Shown here piece by piece: positions 39,837 through 50,296 of a stretch of 64,000 nt of DNA. Source of the stretch: Candidatus Magasanikiibacteriota bacterium. GTDB taxonomy: Bacteria; Patescibacteriota; Patescibacteriia; Magasanikbacterales; GWA2-37-8. The stretch's first letter is position 1; every line of letters begins with the position of its first letter. The position numbers and the translations under genes are program-made. The notes beneath the pieces are model-generated. The model saw only the letters and a list, made by a program, of their open reading frames with translations. It was not told the DNA's origin and made no database searches. The stretch lies in contig CAWJAS010000001.1 of the NCBI GenBank assembly GCA_963840935.1, forward strand, positions 128,875 through 192,874. Direction: 5' to 3'.

Positions 39837-40190
39837 TTATGTCATTTTTTTAAATCTTACGGTGAAAATGGGCTCGAATTTATTGTTATATTCATCGGTT
39901 ATTTCCACGCTTTCACCTTTCATTAATTTGGTCATGGCCGCGTCCGACAAAAGCATGCTATCGGATTTAATATCAAGCGCGTATTCTTCCATTTTTTCCA
40001 ATTCACCGGAAAAATCCGCTCTGATGGCCGCTTCAATTTGCTGCTTTTTTATTCTTGATGCTTTTATTTTGTCGAGAATTTCCTGATACTCGGCCGATGA
40101 CATTAAAGCTTCTTTGAGGGCGCTTCTGATATCTTTTTGTTTCTTTTTTGTTTCTTGCAGGCGGTTGTAAACTTCTTGGAGATTGGCCAT
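39837..40190 (-). CDS. Coiled-coil hypothetical protein
   Basis: 117-aa ORF with host-like composition. Confidence 0.7.
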   Translation of the reverse strand: MANLQEVYNRLQETKKKQKDIRSALKEALMSSAEYQEILDKIKASRIKKQQIEAAIRADFSGELEKMEEYALDIKSDSMLLSDAAMTKLMKGESVEITDEYNNKFEPIFTVRFKKMT

Positions 40191-40280
40191 AGAATATTTT
40201 GTTATTTTTAATAGAGCATATTATAGCACACGGTGAGTAATAAAAAAAGACGCCTAGGATGGCGCCTTTTTTGGCAGTGT

Positions 40281-40658
40281 TTATTGTGATTTCCAGAGTC
40301 CGTGCACGTTGCAATAGGCGCGGGCCTGAATATTTTGCACGTCAACGCAGAATTCGGCTTCGGGCGCTTCGTTTGGTTGCAAGAATTTTCTGTAAACTTT
40401 TTTATCGGCGATAATTTCAATCCATTCAATAAAGTGTTTTTCTTCCATCGGGTGGGGGATTGAGCCGATTTTCACTTTTACGCCGTTTTCGATTCGCTCA
40501 ATTACCGGGACGTGTTTTTCCCCACCTTCATCATTTATTTTTTCTTCTTGTAGTTTCATTGGTTGTCCGCAACAGACAAGTTCACCCGCGCCTTCATGCA
40601 CCATTTCGACTATGTTTCCGCAAACTTCACATTTGTATACTTGGTTAATTTGGGTCAT
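40281..40658 (-). CDS. dfx: Desulfoferrodoxin (superoxide reductase)
   Basis: CEVCGN, CCGQPM, EKHVP and CNVHGLW motifs. Confidence 0.95.
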   Translation of the reverse strand: MTQINQVYKCEVCGNIVEMVHEGAGELVCCGQPMKLQEEKINDEGGEKHVPVIERIENGVKVKIGSIPHPMEEKHFIEWIEIIADKKVYRKFLQPNEAPEAEFCVDVQNIQARAYCNVHGLWKSQ

Positions 40659-40667
40659 ATTATTTAA

Positions 40668-41640
40668 TTATTTTTTATAGGCCACATAAATATCCGCTTC
40701 AATCATTATACCATTTTCATAATAATGATGCACAAAGTAAATGTTTCCCGCCTCGTCCAGAGTTGGTTCGCCGGCAAATTGCGAAATAATTAATTCCGGC
40801 TCGCTCCAAACGCCGTTACTTTTTATAGAGCGAAAAATCGCAGGTGTTCCCTTGTAAGTTCGTGTGAACCATAATTCATTTCCGTCTGACGACACAAATG
40901 GCCAGCCTTCAGGTTCTTCACTGTTCACATTTTCAATATTTTTCGGTTCGCTCCAAGCGTTTCCGTTTCTTGTGGTCGTCCATATATCGTAAAGGCCGAA
41001 ATCCACCCGGTCGATCCGAATGAAAATACAGTTCATTGCCGTGAATATGGACTTCTCCAATTTTCAATTCTTTCATCAATCGGTCGCCGGAATATTTCCA
41101 GTTTGTCCAAACATTATTTTTTAATTCAGCGGTGAACATGTTTACATCTTCAAATCCTTCTCTGGCCGAAGCAAACCACATTTCATTATTTTGTATGACA
41201 ACAGCGCCGTCTAGTGAAAGTTTGCCTGGTTTTTCAAGCCAAATTCGTTCGGCTTCTCGCCATTCATTGTTAATTTTGCTCGAAACCCAGACGCCGGTCA
41301 CACTGTCCAATATTTGTTTTTCAACCGGTATTCGCACATCAGGGGTAAAAAAGAAATACAAAGTATTGCCATCCGGAAGTACAAAAGGGGAATCTTCCGC
41401 TCCGGAAGTGTTTATGGCTGAAGCAAGCGGTATGGGCTTTTCATATTCTTTGGAATGAAGAATCGGCGGATGAACATCTGTTTTTGGTTCTCTTTTCGTA
41501 ATATCCGCAGGCAGTTTATCGGTTCGATTTATTTTTGGGTATGTTTCGTCCGGTGTTTTTTGCGCGCAACCGAAAGTGAAAAGCGTCAAAGCCAATAATC
41601 CAAAAATTAAAAAATATTTATTGTTTATTTTTTGAAGCAT
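40668..41640 (-). pseudogene. TolB/PD40-repeat lipoprotein with a frameshift near 41000
   Basis: Lipobox FGC; HSDRPGG continues as FGLYDIW in another frame. Confidence 0.75.
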
Positions 41641-41665
41641 AGTAGAAAATAATTCATAAATTAAA

Positions 41666-41821
41666 TTATACTTTGTTTTTTATTATACCAATAATGCCGA
41701 TGGCGACTATAATGAGTCCGAGTAGTTGTGCTCCCGGGCTATCATCATATCCACCATACACAAACAAAAAAATACCACATGGCACAATAAAAATGAAAAA
41801 TAATATTTTTATTTTATTCAT
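41666..41821 (-). CDS. Small 2-TM protein (51 aa, not in the ORF track)
   Basis: MNKIKILFFIFIVPCGIFLFVYGGYDDSPGAQLLGLIIVAIGIIGIIKNKV. Confidence 0.65.
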   Translation of the reverse strand: MNKIKILFFIFIVPCGIFLFVYGGYDDSPGAQLLGLIIVAIGIIGIIKNKV

Positions 41822-41928
41822 ATAGAAATCATAACATATCATCTCTTTAAAAAAAAGATGGAATAGTGTGGCAATAAAAAAGCCGCCAGCAATAAATTGC
41901 CAGCGGCGAGACGTTGAAAACTCGAGAA

Positions 41929-42279
41929 TTAACCCGGATTTTTGCTTATCGGTTTTTCCTCGTTATCCATTTTGATGGCGAGAGCCAAAAGTACAATCGC
42001 ATTACGAACGCGCAGGCTTAGACCACCACCATGATAAGTGCGAAATCTTAATGACCCGCCTTCGCTCGGAGCGTCAATCCACATGTGAGTATCGCCGTCA
42101 CCGCTGATAATCACATTAATTTTACCGGTGCGGGTCCCGTTGTCGTCGTCGTGATTTCTTGTGTATCGGCACATTGTATTCAAATCATTGAGCCAATACG
42201 CGCCCTCTAGCAAGTTTATTACTTGCTGGCGAAGTTCTTCATCGTTCAGTTTTTCCGGTATTATTTTTTTGCTCGGCAT
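41929..42279 (-). CDS. Hypothetical protein
   Basis: Own TTGACA (42345), SD aaggag, and terminator at 41875-41910. Confidence 0.7.
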   Translation of the reverse strand: MPSKKIIPEKLNDEELRQQVINLLEGAYWLNDLNTMCRYTRNHDDDNGTRTGKINVIISGDGDTHMWIDAPSEGGSLRFRTYHGGGLSLRVRNAIVLLALAIKMDNEEKPISKNPG

Positions 42280-42438
42280 TGATTATTTCTCCTTTTTTGC
42301 GAAAAGATCAGTTTAAAAAATAGCATTTATTTAATGCTGTGTCAATGCTTTGCGGGATGGTTTTGGTTTTTCTTTCGCTCGCTCTAGGGGTAGCCCCGAG
42401 ATAAACTCGGGGCGCTAAAGCGGATTCGAATAATTTTG

Positions 42439-42511
42439 CTCTAGGGGCAGGACTCGAACCTGCAACTACTTCGTTAACAGCGAAGCGTTCTACCAATTGA
42501 ACTACCCTAGA
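42439..42511 (-). tRNA. tRNA-Asn(GTT), CCA not encoded
   Basis: TCTAGGG/CCCTAGA acceptor stem, ctGTTaa anticodon loop, GGTTCGAGTCC T-arm. Confidence 0.96.
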
Positions 42512-42639
42512 ATATCAAAAAACCCGCCTATAGCGGGTCTGTTTTTGCAAATAAAAACTCACCCGCTAGGCAGTATTAGAATTATTATTATTTGTGCGAG
42601 TAATTTTTATCATACTTCTGTAGTATAGCATAAAAACGG

Positions 42640-43110
42640 CTATTTGTCAAGCTCCTTAACTTCAAATTTTTCAATTATACTGCCATCTTCGTTAAAGTAG
42701 AATGAACCTTTTAATTTTTTACCCGCGATCATTGACGGTACCCAATATTTGTCATCAATCCACATGTTGTCATATGGCAAAGCTGTTTTTTCAAACCACT
42801 GTGGTATCATCTCATCAGATTCAATCGGTTCGCCGATCCAGTTTTCAATTGTGTAAATAAACACTTGTTGATCCCAATCCGGCTTCCCGTTAAAATGAAA
42901 TGCTATGTCGCCGACCTCACGCAGATCATTCGGTTCAACATGTACGCCTATTTCCTCTTTTGTTTCACGGACAGCGGCAATTTCTTTTGTTTCATCCTGT
43001 TGTACCTTGCCTCCGACACCATTCCACTTACCAACGCCAAAACCGCGCTTTTTCATAGCGAGCAGTATTTCCTTTTCTTTAAGCAGAAAACACAAAGTAC
43101 ACATTCTCAT
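42640..43110 (-). CDS. Nudix hydrolase (MTH1-like 8-oxo-dGTPase)
   Basis: KKRGFG.GKWNG.GGK and RETKEEIG motifs. Confidence 0.9.
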   Translation of the reverse strand: MRMCTLCFLLKEKEILLAMKKRGFGVGKWNGVGGKVQQDETKEIAAVRETKEEIGVHVEPNDLREVGDIAFHFNGKPDWDQQVFIYTIENWIGEPIESDEMIPQWFEKTALPYDNMWIDDKYWVPSMIAGKKLKGSFYFNEDGSIIEKFEVKELDK

Positions 43111-43111
43111 A

Positions 43112-43741
43112 CTATCTACTGTAAAGCCCTGTTAAAGTCGCCTCCGTAATAATGTGGTTTTGCATGGCGTTTAATAATACTGTTTTTGTTGCATCTTTTG
43201 GCAGGTTGAGCATTGTATCAAGCGCGTATAGTTTGAAGCGATAATGATGGGTGCCTTCAGGCGGGCAAGGACCGTTGTATTTATTGGCGCCAAAGTCAGT
43301 CGTGCCTTGGATGGCAGTCGGTGGAACAGAATTATCGTTTATTGATTCGGTTGTTGGCAAAATATCCCAGACAATCCAATGCGACCAGTCGCCCGAAATC
43401 GCATCCGGGTCGTCAACAATCAAAGCTAATGACTTGGCGCCGGGTGGGATGTCGGTAAAGTGAAGAGCCGGGTTGATATTCAATCCATCGCAAGTGTATT
43501 TGGCGGGTATTACGCCGTTTGGTTCAAAGGCGTCCGAAGTGATAATCATAGGTATGGTTATTATTGGCGTTTGCGGTGCTTCATGCTTGGCGATTTCTTC
43601 AATTGGCTTGGTTTTGTAATAAATTAAAACTCCGCCGATAAGCGCGACAAACAACACAATGCCGATGACAATAAAATGCTTGCGCAGTTTTTGCCACAAG
43701 CCCGGTTCGGGCAAAAATAATTGATTCAAATTATTTTCCAT
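43112..43741 (-). CDS. YbhB/YbcL (PEBP) family protein
   Basis: DDPDA...HW and GPCPP.G.HHY motifs. Confidence 0.92.
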   Translation of the reverse strand: MENNLNQLFLPEPGLWQKLRKHFIVIGIVLFVALIGGVLIYYKTKPIEEIAKHEAPQTPIITIPMIITSDAFEPNGVIPAKYTCDGLNINPALHFTDIPPGAKSLALIVDDPDAISGDWSHWIVWDILPTTESINDNSVPPTAIQGTTDFGANKYNGPCPPEGTHHYRFKLYALDTMLNLPKDATKTVLLNAMQNHIITEATLTGLYSR

Positions 43742-43742
43742 T

Positions 43743-44723
43743 TTAAATTATTTTTATTCCGATTTTGCTTTTTACTTCGACCATTTTTTTGCCGGCGATA
43801 TCATTTGCTTTCCTTGCGCTTTCTATAAACATTTTTTTCACCTCTGAATCTTTTATCTTATTAAACTTATCTTGAAAATCACTTAAGAAATCCGTTACTA
43901 TTATTTGCAATCCGTTTTTGAAATCAGCATAACCCTTGTCTTCGTATTCTTTTTCAATATCTTTTATTTCACGATTTTCAAGTAACGAATAAATTGTGAG
44001 CAGGTTGGTCAGGGCCGGTTTATCGGCGCCTGATTTGATTTCACTTCCGGAATCGGTGACCGCGCGTTTAATTTTTTTGCCGGATACAGTTGGGTTATCC
44101 AAAAGAGAAATATAATTGTTGGGATTGGGAGCTGATTTGCTCATTTTTTTGCTCGGGTCGTCTAGCCCCATTATTCTTCCGCCGTATTTACTCACCGTGA
44201 AGTCGGGGACAGTAAAAGTTTGGCCATAAAGACGATTGAATCTTTCGGCCAGCGTCCGGGCAAGTTCAATATGTTGAATTTGGTCTTCGCCGACCGGTAC
44301 CAAGTTTGTGTCATAAAGCAAAATGTCGGCCGCCATCAGCACCGGATAATCAAACAAACCCATGTTGATGTTGTCTTTATGCTGTTTGGCTTTGTCTTTG
44401 AATTGCGTCATTCGCTCAAGCTCGGAAACTTTGGCGATGGTGTTCAAAATCCATGCCAGTTCGGTATGGGCCGAAACATCGGATTGACGAAAAATTACTG
44501 ATTTATTAGGGTCGATACCGAGCGCCAAATAAGTTTTGGCCATCATTATAATATTTTCATTGAATGTTTTTGGATCGGTTTTGACAGTTAAAGCGTGCAG
44601 GTCAACAATAGAAAAAAAACATTCATATTTGTTTTGCAGTTCAATCCAATTTTTTATGGCGCCCAAATAATTACCGATGTGGAGAATGTTGGTTGGTTGA
44701 ATACCGGAAAAAACGCGTTGCAT
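43743..44723 (-). CDS. trpS: Tryptophanyl-tRNA synthetase
   Basis: HIGNYLGA, YPVLMAADIL and KMSKS motifs. Confidence 0.98.
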   Translation of the reverse strand: MQRVFSGIQPTNILHIGNYLGAIKNWIELQNKYECFFSIVDLHALTVKTDPKTFNENIIMMAKTYLALGIDPNKSVIFRQSDVSAHTELAWILNTIAKVSELERMTQFKDKAKQHKDNINMGLFDYPVLMAADILLYDTNLVPVGEDQIQHIELARTLAERFNRLYGQTFTVPDFTVSKYGGRIMGLDDPSKKMSKSAPNPNNYISLLDNPTVSGKKIKRAVTDSGSEIKSGADKPALTNLLTIYSLLENREIKDIEKEYEDKGYADFKNGLQIIVTDFLSDFQDKFNKIKDSEVKKMFIESARKANDIAGKKMVEVKSKIGIKII

Positions 44724-44783
44724 AGAAGTAAAATAGATGATTTATGGCTGGTATTTTATCGCAGATCGGGTAAAAGGTCAAAA

Positions 44784-45263
44784 TCAATAATGATATTTTT
44801 TACCCGCGTTTATGGTCATTGCCCGATAGATTTGCTCAAGCAAAAATACTCGGGCCATTTGATGAGTGAAAGTCATTGCCGAAAGCGAAAGAGTCGTGTC
44901 GGCGATTTTTTTTATGTATTCGTCAAGCCCCAAAGGCCCGCCCAAGATAAAAATAAAATTATTGACTTGCCTGTTTGAAAAGTCGCTGAATTTATCGGCC
45001 AGTTGTTTTGAAGACAATGAATCGCCATGTTCATCAAGCACAATAATATGACATTCGGTTTTTCCGACTAATGTTTTTTTAATTTTTTCCGCTTCTTTGC
45101 GTTTGATAATTTCCGGATCATCTTTTTCGCTAAACGGCTCTTCTTTTAATTCTTTAATTTCAATTTTGGCAAAAGGAGAGAGACGCTTCAAATATTCGAC
45201 TTCGGCCGAGCGCCAATATTTTTCTTTGAGTTTGCCCAGGCAAATTATGGTAATATGAAACAT
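44784..45263 (-). CDS. rlmH: 23S rRNA pseudouridine-1915 methyltransferase
   Basis: GKLKEKY and TFTHQMARVFLLEQIYRA...YH motifs. Confidence 0.96.
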   Translation of the reverse strand: MFHITIICLGKLKEKYWRSAEVEYLKRLSPFAKIEIKELKEEPFSEKDDPEIIKRKEAEKIKKTLVGKTECHIIVLDEHGDSLSSKQLADKFSDFSNRQVNNFIFILGGPLGLDEYIKKIADTTLSLSAMTFTHQMARVFLLEQIYRAMTINAGKKYHY

Positions 45264-45333
45264 ATGGAGTTATTTATTGAAATTATACTGGTTATACGAT
45301 AGAATAACAATAGATTGATATTAATAAAAAAAT

Positions 45334-45729
45334 ATGAAAAAAGTTATTTGGGGACTCGTTATTGCCATTTTGGTGGCGATTTTGGCTTTGATTATTGTGC
45401 TCGTTTTTAATCCGTTTAATTCACGGACAAAATTAATCGGTGGAATAATCAATAGTTATTTGAGTTCAAAAATTGAGGGTTATACTCCGCTTGATAAAAC
45501 TGCAGTACCAAGCGGGTCAACCAACCAAAATCCTTTGCTTTCCGCGGACCAAGAAACGGCTTTGACAGATTTGGGAGTTGATGTGAGTCAATTACCGACA
45601 GAAATTACACCCACGATGCAGGTGTGTTTTGTGGAAAAATTGGGCGAGGAAAGAGCGGCTGAATTGGTAGCCGGCGCCACGCCTTCAGCCATGGATTTGT
45701 TAAAAGCGGGAAGTTGTATAGGGCAATAA
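45334..45729 (+). CDS. Membrane-anchored hypothetical protein
   Basis: N-terminal TM and two Cys. Confidence 0.7.
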   Translation: MKKVIWGLVIAILVAILALIIVLVFNPFNSRTKLIGGIINSYLSSKIEGYTPLDKTAVPSGSTNQNPLLSADQETALTDLGVDVSQLPTEITPTMQVCFVEKLGEERAAELVAGATPSAMDLLKAGSCIGQ

Positions 45730-45867
45730 AAATATTTTTAGTTAATAATTTAATTTTTTAAGAGTCCAGCAAAACCGGAGATATCACATTGGGGAGGGAG
45801 TTTTACCGAAGATAAGTTTGGTACAAGCGATAATCCAAGAACGCGGGATGGTAAATACAAAGAAGCG

Positions 45868-46233
45868 GTGGATAAAGGGCTGAATCCCGAGGAAGAACTG
45901 TTAGCAAAAGAAAAGGACTCAGAAAGTGAAGAAGGCTTCGATTCTTCCGATTTTTCATATGTTCGAGCCGATGGAGTAGAAAAATCTTTTGAAAAAGAAA
46001 GACGGGCGCGTCGGAACGCGGAAGAAGAAGCTGGTTGGTCACCGAGAAAAGGTGTGGTTGTGCGTGAGGCGCCCGATGAGTTGCATTCAGAAGCGGTGAG
46101 GAAAATAGCTGCGGAAAAAGCGCGATTTTTAAGAAACAAGGGGCAAACAAGAGGAGTACACGGAGAAGCAGGCAAGCGTCCGGCGCAAAAACCGGTCGGC
46201 AAGCCACAGGCTGACAAACGAAGGGCAGCATAA
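45868..46233 (+). CDS. Charged hypothetical protein (frame open from 45754; original start possibly lost)
   Basis: 121-aa ORF ending RRAA, followed by a terminator. Confidence 0.55.
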   Translation: MDKGLNPEEELLAKEKDSESEEGFDSSDFSYVRADGVEKSFEKERRARRNAEEEAGWSPRKGVVVREAPDELHSEAVRKIAAEKARFLRNKGQTRGVHGEAGKRPAQKPVGKPQADKRRAA

Positions 46234-46270
46234 GTTCAATCAAAAAAAATCCTCAGCCCTTGGCCGAGGA

Positions 46271-47497
46271 TTATTTATTTATGTATTCCGCGTATCCGTC
46301 TTCCAAAATCGCTTTGCGTGCCTCGCGCATAAGGTTCAGCATAAAGTGAATGTTGTGGATTGTTGCCAGGCGTTGACCGGTTAATTCTTCCGCGTTAAAT
46401 AAATGATGAATATAGCTTCGGGAATAATTTTTGCACGTTGGACAAGAACAATTTTTTTCAATCGGGCCCGCGTCTTTGGCAAATTTGGCGTTGGTGATAT
46501 TAATTCTTCCTTCTTTGCCAGTAACATAAAGCATGCCATGGCGGGCGAGTCGAGTTGGCGCCACGCAGTCAAACATATCCGCGCCCATTCCCACGACTTT
46601 TAATAAATCTTTTGGCGAAAGCCCCACTCCCATTGTGTAGCGGGGATTTTCTTTTGGCAAAATCGGCGCGAGCCAGCCCATTATTTCTGCGGTCGCTTCC
46701 ATATTATAGCCGATTGATTCACCACCGATGGCAATGCCGTCAAAATCAAGAGAGGCAATAAAGCGGGCTGATTCCTCGCGCAGGTCTTTGTGGCCCGCGC
46801 CTTGGATGATACCAAAAAGAAATTGGTTGTGCGGTTTGTCATCCCGAGCGTTAGCGAAGGATCTGTCACTAGCGCCAAAAGATTCTTCACTACTCCGCTT
46901 AACAGCGGGTCCGCTCAGAATGACATTTTGAAGTTTTTTGTGTTCCAAAAGACATCTCTCGGCCCAGCGGTGAGTGCGTTCCATTGCCTCTTTTGCATAT
47001 TCGCGCGGTGCCGTATCCGGAGTGCATTCGTCAAAAGCCATTATGATATCCGCGCCGAGTTTGTGTTGAATTTGGATGGCTGATTCCGGAGTAAAACGAT
47101 GAGTTGAACCATCCAAATGAGATTTGAAAGTGGCGCCGTCCTCATCAATTTGAATAAGTCCGCCTTGTCCGCGCGCTTCTTTTTGCAATCCGAAACTAAA
47201 AACCTGAAATCCGCCAGAATCGGTTAGAATCGGTTTGTCCCAATTCATAAATTTATGCAGTCCGCCTATTTCGGCGATTAAATCTTCGCCCGGGCGCAAA
47301 TGCAGGTGATAGGTATTGCCAAGTATTATTTGCGCTCCCAAATTATTCAAATCGGTTTGGTCCAAAGTTTTTACGGTTGCCTGAGTTCCGACCGGCATAA
47401 AACAAGGCGTTTCAATGTCGCCGTGGTCGGTGTGCATAATGCCGGCTCGCGCGCCGGTTTTTTTGTCTTCGTGGATTAGCTCAAAAAATGTTGGCAT
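46271..47497 (-). CDS. tgt: tRNA-guanine transglycosylase with in-frame palindromic insert
   Basis: FMPVGT, TDSGGFQ and DMFDCV motifs, C-x-C-xx-C. Confidence 0.97.
   Translation of the reverse strand: MPTFFELIHEDKKTGARAGIMHTDHGDIETPCFMPVGTQATVKTLDQTDLNNLGAQIILGNTYHLHLRPGEDLIAEIGGLHKFMNWDKPILTDSGGFQVFSFGLQKEARGQGGLIQIDEDGATFKSHLDGSTHRFTPESAIQIQHKLGADIIMAFDECTPDTAPREYAKEAMERTHRWAERCLLEHKKLQNVILSGPAVKRSSEESFGASDRSFANARDDKPHNQFLFGIIQGAGHKDLREESARFIASLDFDGIAIGGESIGYNMEATAEIMGWLAPILPKENPRYTMGVGLSPKDLLKVVGMGADMFDCVAPTRLARHGMLYVTGKEGRINITNAKFAKDAGPIEKNCSCPTCKNYSRSYIHHLFNAEELTGQRLATIHNIHFMLNLMREARKAILEDGYAEYINK
46837..46925. repeat. TGTCAT...ATGACA palindromic element inside tgt
   Basis: Same family as 49518-49608 and 53041-53102. 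Confidence 0.85.
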
Positions 47498-47588
47498 GGT
47501 ATTGATTATTTACTCTTTAGCATCATATATATCACATTTTGACCCGTTAATCAATATTTGATAGGATAGTGGTGCTAATAAATATTTT

Positions 47589-48218
47589 ATGAGTGAAAAA
47601 TTTAACCCGATTATTATTGAAGGCGAAAAGGAAAAAGAATATCCTTTTGTTATTAATGAGCAAGGAGAACTCAGGATTCCCGGGTTCGGCGATATTAATG
47701 AGCCATACAACGCCGACGCGCATGAAGTTGATGATACGGGAGTGAGCAGAGCAGAACGTTTTCTTGATGTCATGAAAGATGAAAATGGAAAATACGTTAA
47801 AGCGCGATATAAAAATGAAAAAGAATTTAAAGGAAGAATGATTGAGCAAGCCAATAAAGGCGCCCAGGTGACAAAAGAAGTCCACAAAAAAATTGTTAGG
47901 CGATTAACTGGGATGCGGGAAGAAGCACCAAAAGTAAAAGATGCCAGGTCATTTGAAAATGTTTTATCCGATTATTTTGATTCAGACCCATGGTTTAGGG
48001 GTATGATTCTTGGTTGGGATGTGAAGACCATGAAATCAAAAACAACTGAGCCATCATATAAATTGTCGGTAATTTTTGAGGACAACTTGTATAAACAAGG
48101 CAAAAGAAAAGTACATTTTACCGGCACGTATGCGGAAATAGTGGATAAATTAGAGAAAAAAATTAATGAATATGAAGCGCCATTAAGATTGGTTCAGGAA
48201 GAAGAGGAAGCGGTATGA
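47589..48218 (+). CDS. Hypothetical protein
   Basis: 209-aa ORF with ATGA overlap into uvrD. Confidence 0.7.
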   Translation: MSEKFNPIIIEGEKEKEYPFVINEQGELRIPGFGDINEPYNADAHEVDDTGVSRAERFLDVMKDENGKYVKARYKNEKEFKGRMIEQANKGAQVTKEVHKKIVRRLTGMREEAPKVKDARSFENVLSDYFDSDPWFRGMILGWDVKTMKSKTTEPSYKLSVIFEDNLYKQGKRKVHFTGTYAEIVDKLEKKINEYEAPLRLVQEEEEAV

Positions 48219-50296
48219 TTGATTTTAAAAATGAACTTAATGATGAACAGTTGGCCGTTGTCCTTAAAGGCGACGGCCCTTGTTTAGTTCTTGCTGGCGC
48301 CGGTTCGGGCAAGACGCGCACGATTACTTATCGAGTGGCGTTTTTGCTTGAGCGGGGGGTTAGCCCGGAAAATATTTTGCTCGTCACTTTTACCAATAAA
48401 GCGGCCGGGGAGATGATTAATCGGGTTCAAGAAATAACCGGTATGAAACAGAAATTACCCTGGGCCGGGACTTTTCACAGTATTGCCAATAAAATTTTGC
48501 GCGCGCATGCTTTGGCAATCGGCTATAAACCGAATTTTACAATTCTCGACACTGACGACAGTGAATCGCTTGTCAAAATTTGCCTAAAAAAAATCGCTCC
48601 TGAGACAAATGGCGATAAATTTCCTTCGGCCAGAGTGATAAAAAATATAATCAGTTTTGCCAGAAACGCCGAAACAACAATTGAAGATGTTTTGGACATG
48701 AAATATCCGAGCTGGTTTTGCTATTCCGATGAAATAAAACAAATCGCCGAAGAATATGAAAAGAAAAAGCGAGAGGCCAATGCCATGGATTTTGATGATT
48801 TGCTGACAAATTTTTTGGTTTTATTAAACCAGCCGGAAATCGCGCAAAAATATTCCCGTCAATTCAAATACATTTTAGTCGATGAGTACCAAGACACAAA
48901 TCGCATTCAATCAAACATTGTAAAAAAATTAGCCGAGATTCATAAAAATCTTTTGGTGGTGGGCGATGACGCGCAAAGTATTTATTCTTTCCGCGGGGCG
49001 GACATTGAAAATATTTTGAATTTTGAGCGTTATTTTCCATCGGCGAAAGTTTTTAAACTGGAAACCAATTATCGTTCCAGTCAAGAAATTTTGTCTTTGG
49101 CCAACAATGTTATTGAGAACAATGTAAAACAATACCAAAAAAATTTGCGCACGGTTTTTGAGTCCGGCGTAAAACCGGAACTCCGCCCACAAATGGATCA
49201 ATCGGCCGAAGCGGAGTTTGTCAGGCAAAAAATCAGTGAGGCCTTGGAATCGGGAATTCCGCCAAAAGAAATTGCCGTGCTTTTTCGCGCCTCGCACCAT
49301 TCACAGCAATTGGAAATGACGCTTGCCAAAGCCGGAATCGCCTATGACTATCGGGGTGGTTTACGGTTTTTTGAGCGAGCGCACATCAAAGATGTGCTTG
49401 CCTATTTGCGTTTGATGACAAATTTGGCGGATACTACTGCTTGGATGCGCGTGCTTTTGAAAGAAGAGGGAATTGGCACAGTTGGGGCGGAGAGAATTAT
49501 CGAGGCGGTTAGACAACATGTCATCCTGACCCGCCAGTTGGCGGGGAAGGATCTTTCAATTTTAGAACAAAAAGATTCTTCGGTCGCTATGCTTCCTCAG
49601 AATGACATTAAAAATATTTTAGGCGAGCGGGCGAAAGTCGGTTGGAATAATTTTGTCCGTATTTGGGAAGAGATGCTCAATGTGGGAATTGGCAATCCTT
49701 CGGAGTTGGTCAAGGCGATTTTAAAAACAGGTTACAGCGATTATTTGGAGGCCGAATATATTGACAGCAGAGAGCGGACGGCTGATGTGGGACAACTCGC
49801 CGTGTTCGCCGAAAAGTTTGATGATCTGAATGAATTTTTATCTGAAGCTGGACTGAATGAAGATTATGGCCAAAAAAATCAAAAAAATAAATCCAGTGAA
49901 GAAAAAATTATTCTTTCAACCATTCATCAGGCCAAAGGTTTGGAATGGAATCATGTTTTTATAATTAATCTTTCAAGCGCCGGTTTTCCCAATGGCCGGG
50001 CGCTCGGCGAGCGGGGCGGACTTGAAGAAGAACGCCGTTTGTTTTATGTGGCACTTACCCGAGCCAAACGAAATTTATTTTTGACGTATCCTTTGTCGGG
50101 CGGGGGATTTGGCGACATGACAAGCGGGCCGTCCATGTTTTTGGAGGAAATCGATCCGGACTTACTCAAAGATTATTCACTCTTGCCCGAACGGGGAAGT
50201 TTGGTTTTGGATGATGATGAAATAACTTATGTTTCTGAAGACGAGCCAATAAAAATAACACCCGGATTTTTGCTCCGGGATGTTGATGATTTGTAA
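48215..50296 (+). CDS. UvrD/PcrA SF1 helicase with in-frame palindromic insert
   Basis: AGAGSGKT, VDEYQD, STIHQAKGLE and EERRLFYVA motifs. Confidence 0.96.
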   Translation: MIDFKNELNDEQLAVVLKGDGPCLVLAGAGSGKTRTITYRVAFLLERGVSPENILLVTFTNKAAGEMINRVQEITGMKQKLPWAGTFHSIANKILRAHALAIGYKPNFTILDTDDSESLVKICLKKIAPETNGDKFPSARVIKNIISFARNAETTIEDVLDMKYPSWFCYSDEIKQIAEEYEKKKREANAMDFDDLLTNFLVLLNQPEIAQKYSRQFKYILVDEYQDTNRIQSNIVKKLAEIHKNLLVVGDDAQSIYSFRGADIENILNFERYFPSAKVFKLETNYRSSQEILSLANNVIENNVKQYQKNLRTVFESGVKPELRPQMDQSAEAEFVRQKISEALESGIPPKEIAVLFRASHHSQQLEMTLAKAGIAYDYRGGLRFFERAHIKDVLAYLRLMTNLADTTAWMRVLLKEEGIGTVGAERIIEAVRQHVILTRQLAGKDLSILEQKDSSVAMLPQNDIKNILGERAKVGWNNFVRIWEEMLNVGIGNPSELVKAILKTGYSDYLEAEYIDSRERTADVGQLAVFAEKFDDLNEFLSEAGLNEDYGQKNQKNKSSEEKIILSTIHQAKGLEWNHVFIINLSSAGFPNGRALGERGGLEEERRLFYVALTRAKRNLFLTYPLSGGGFGDMTSGPSMFLEEIDPDLLKDYSLLPERGSLVLDDDEITYVSEDEPIKITPGFLLRDVDDL
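49518..49608. repeat. ATGTCAT...ATGACAT palindromic element inside uvrD
   Basis: Terminal inverted repeat with internal hairpins. Confidence 0.85.

Noticed and set aside
42308-42496. 62-aa minus-strand ORF
   Set aside because: It overlaps tRNA-Asn.
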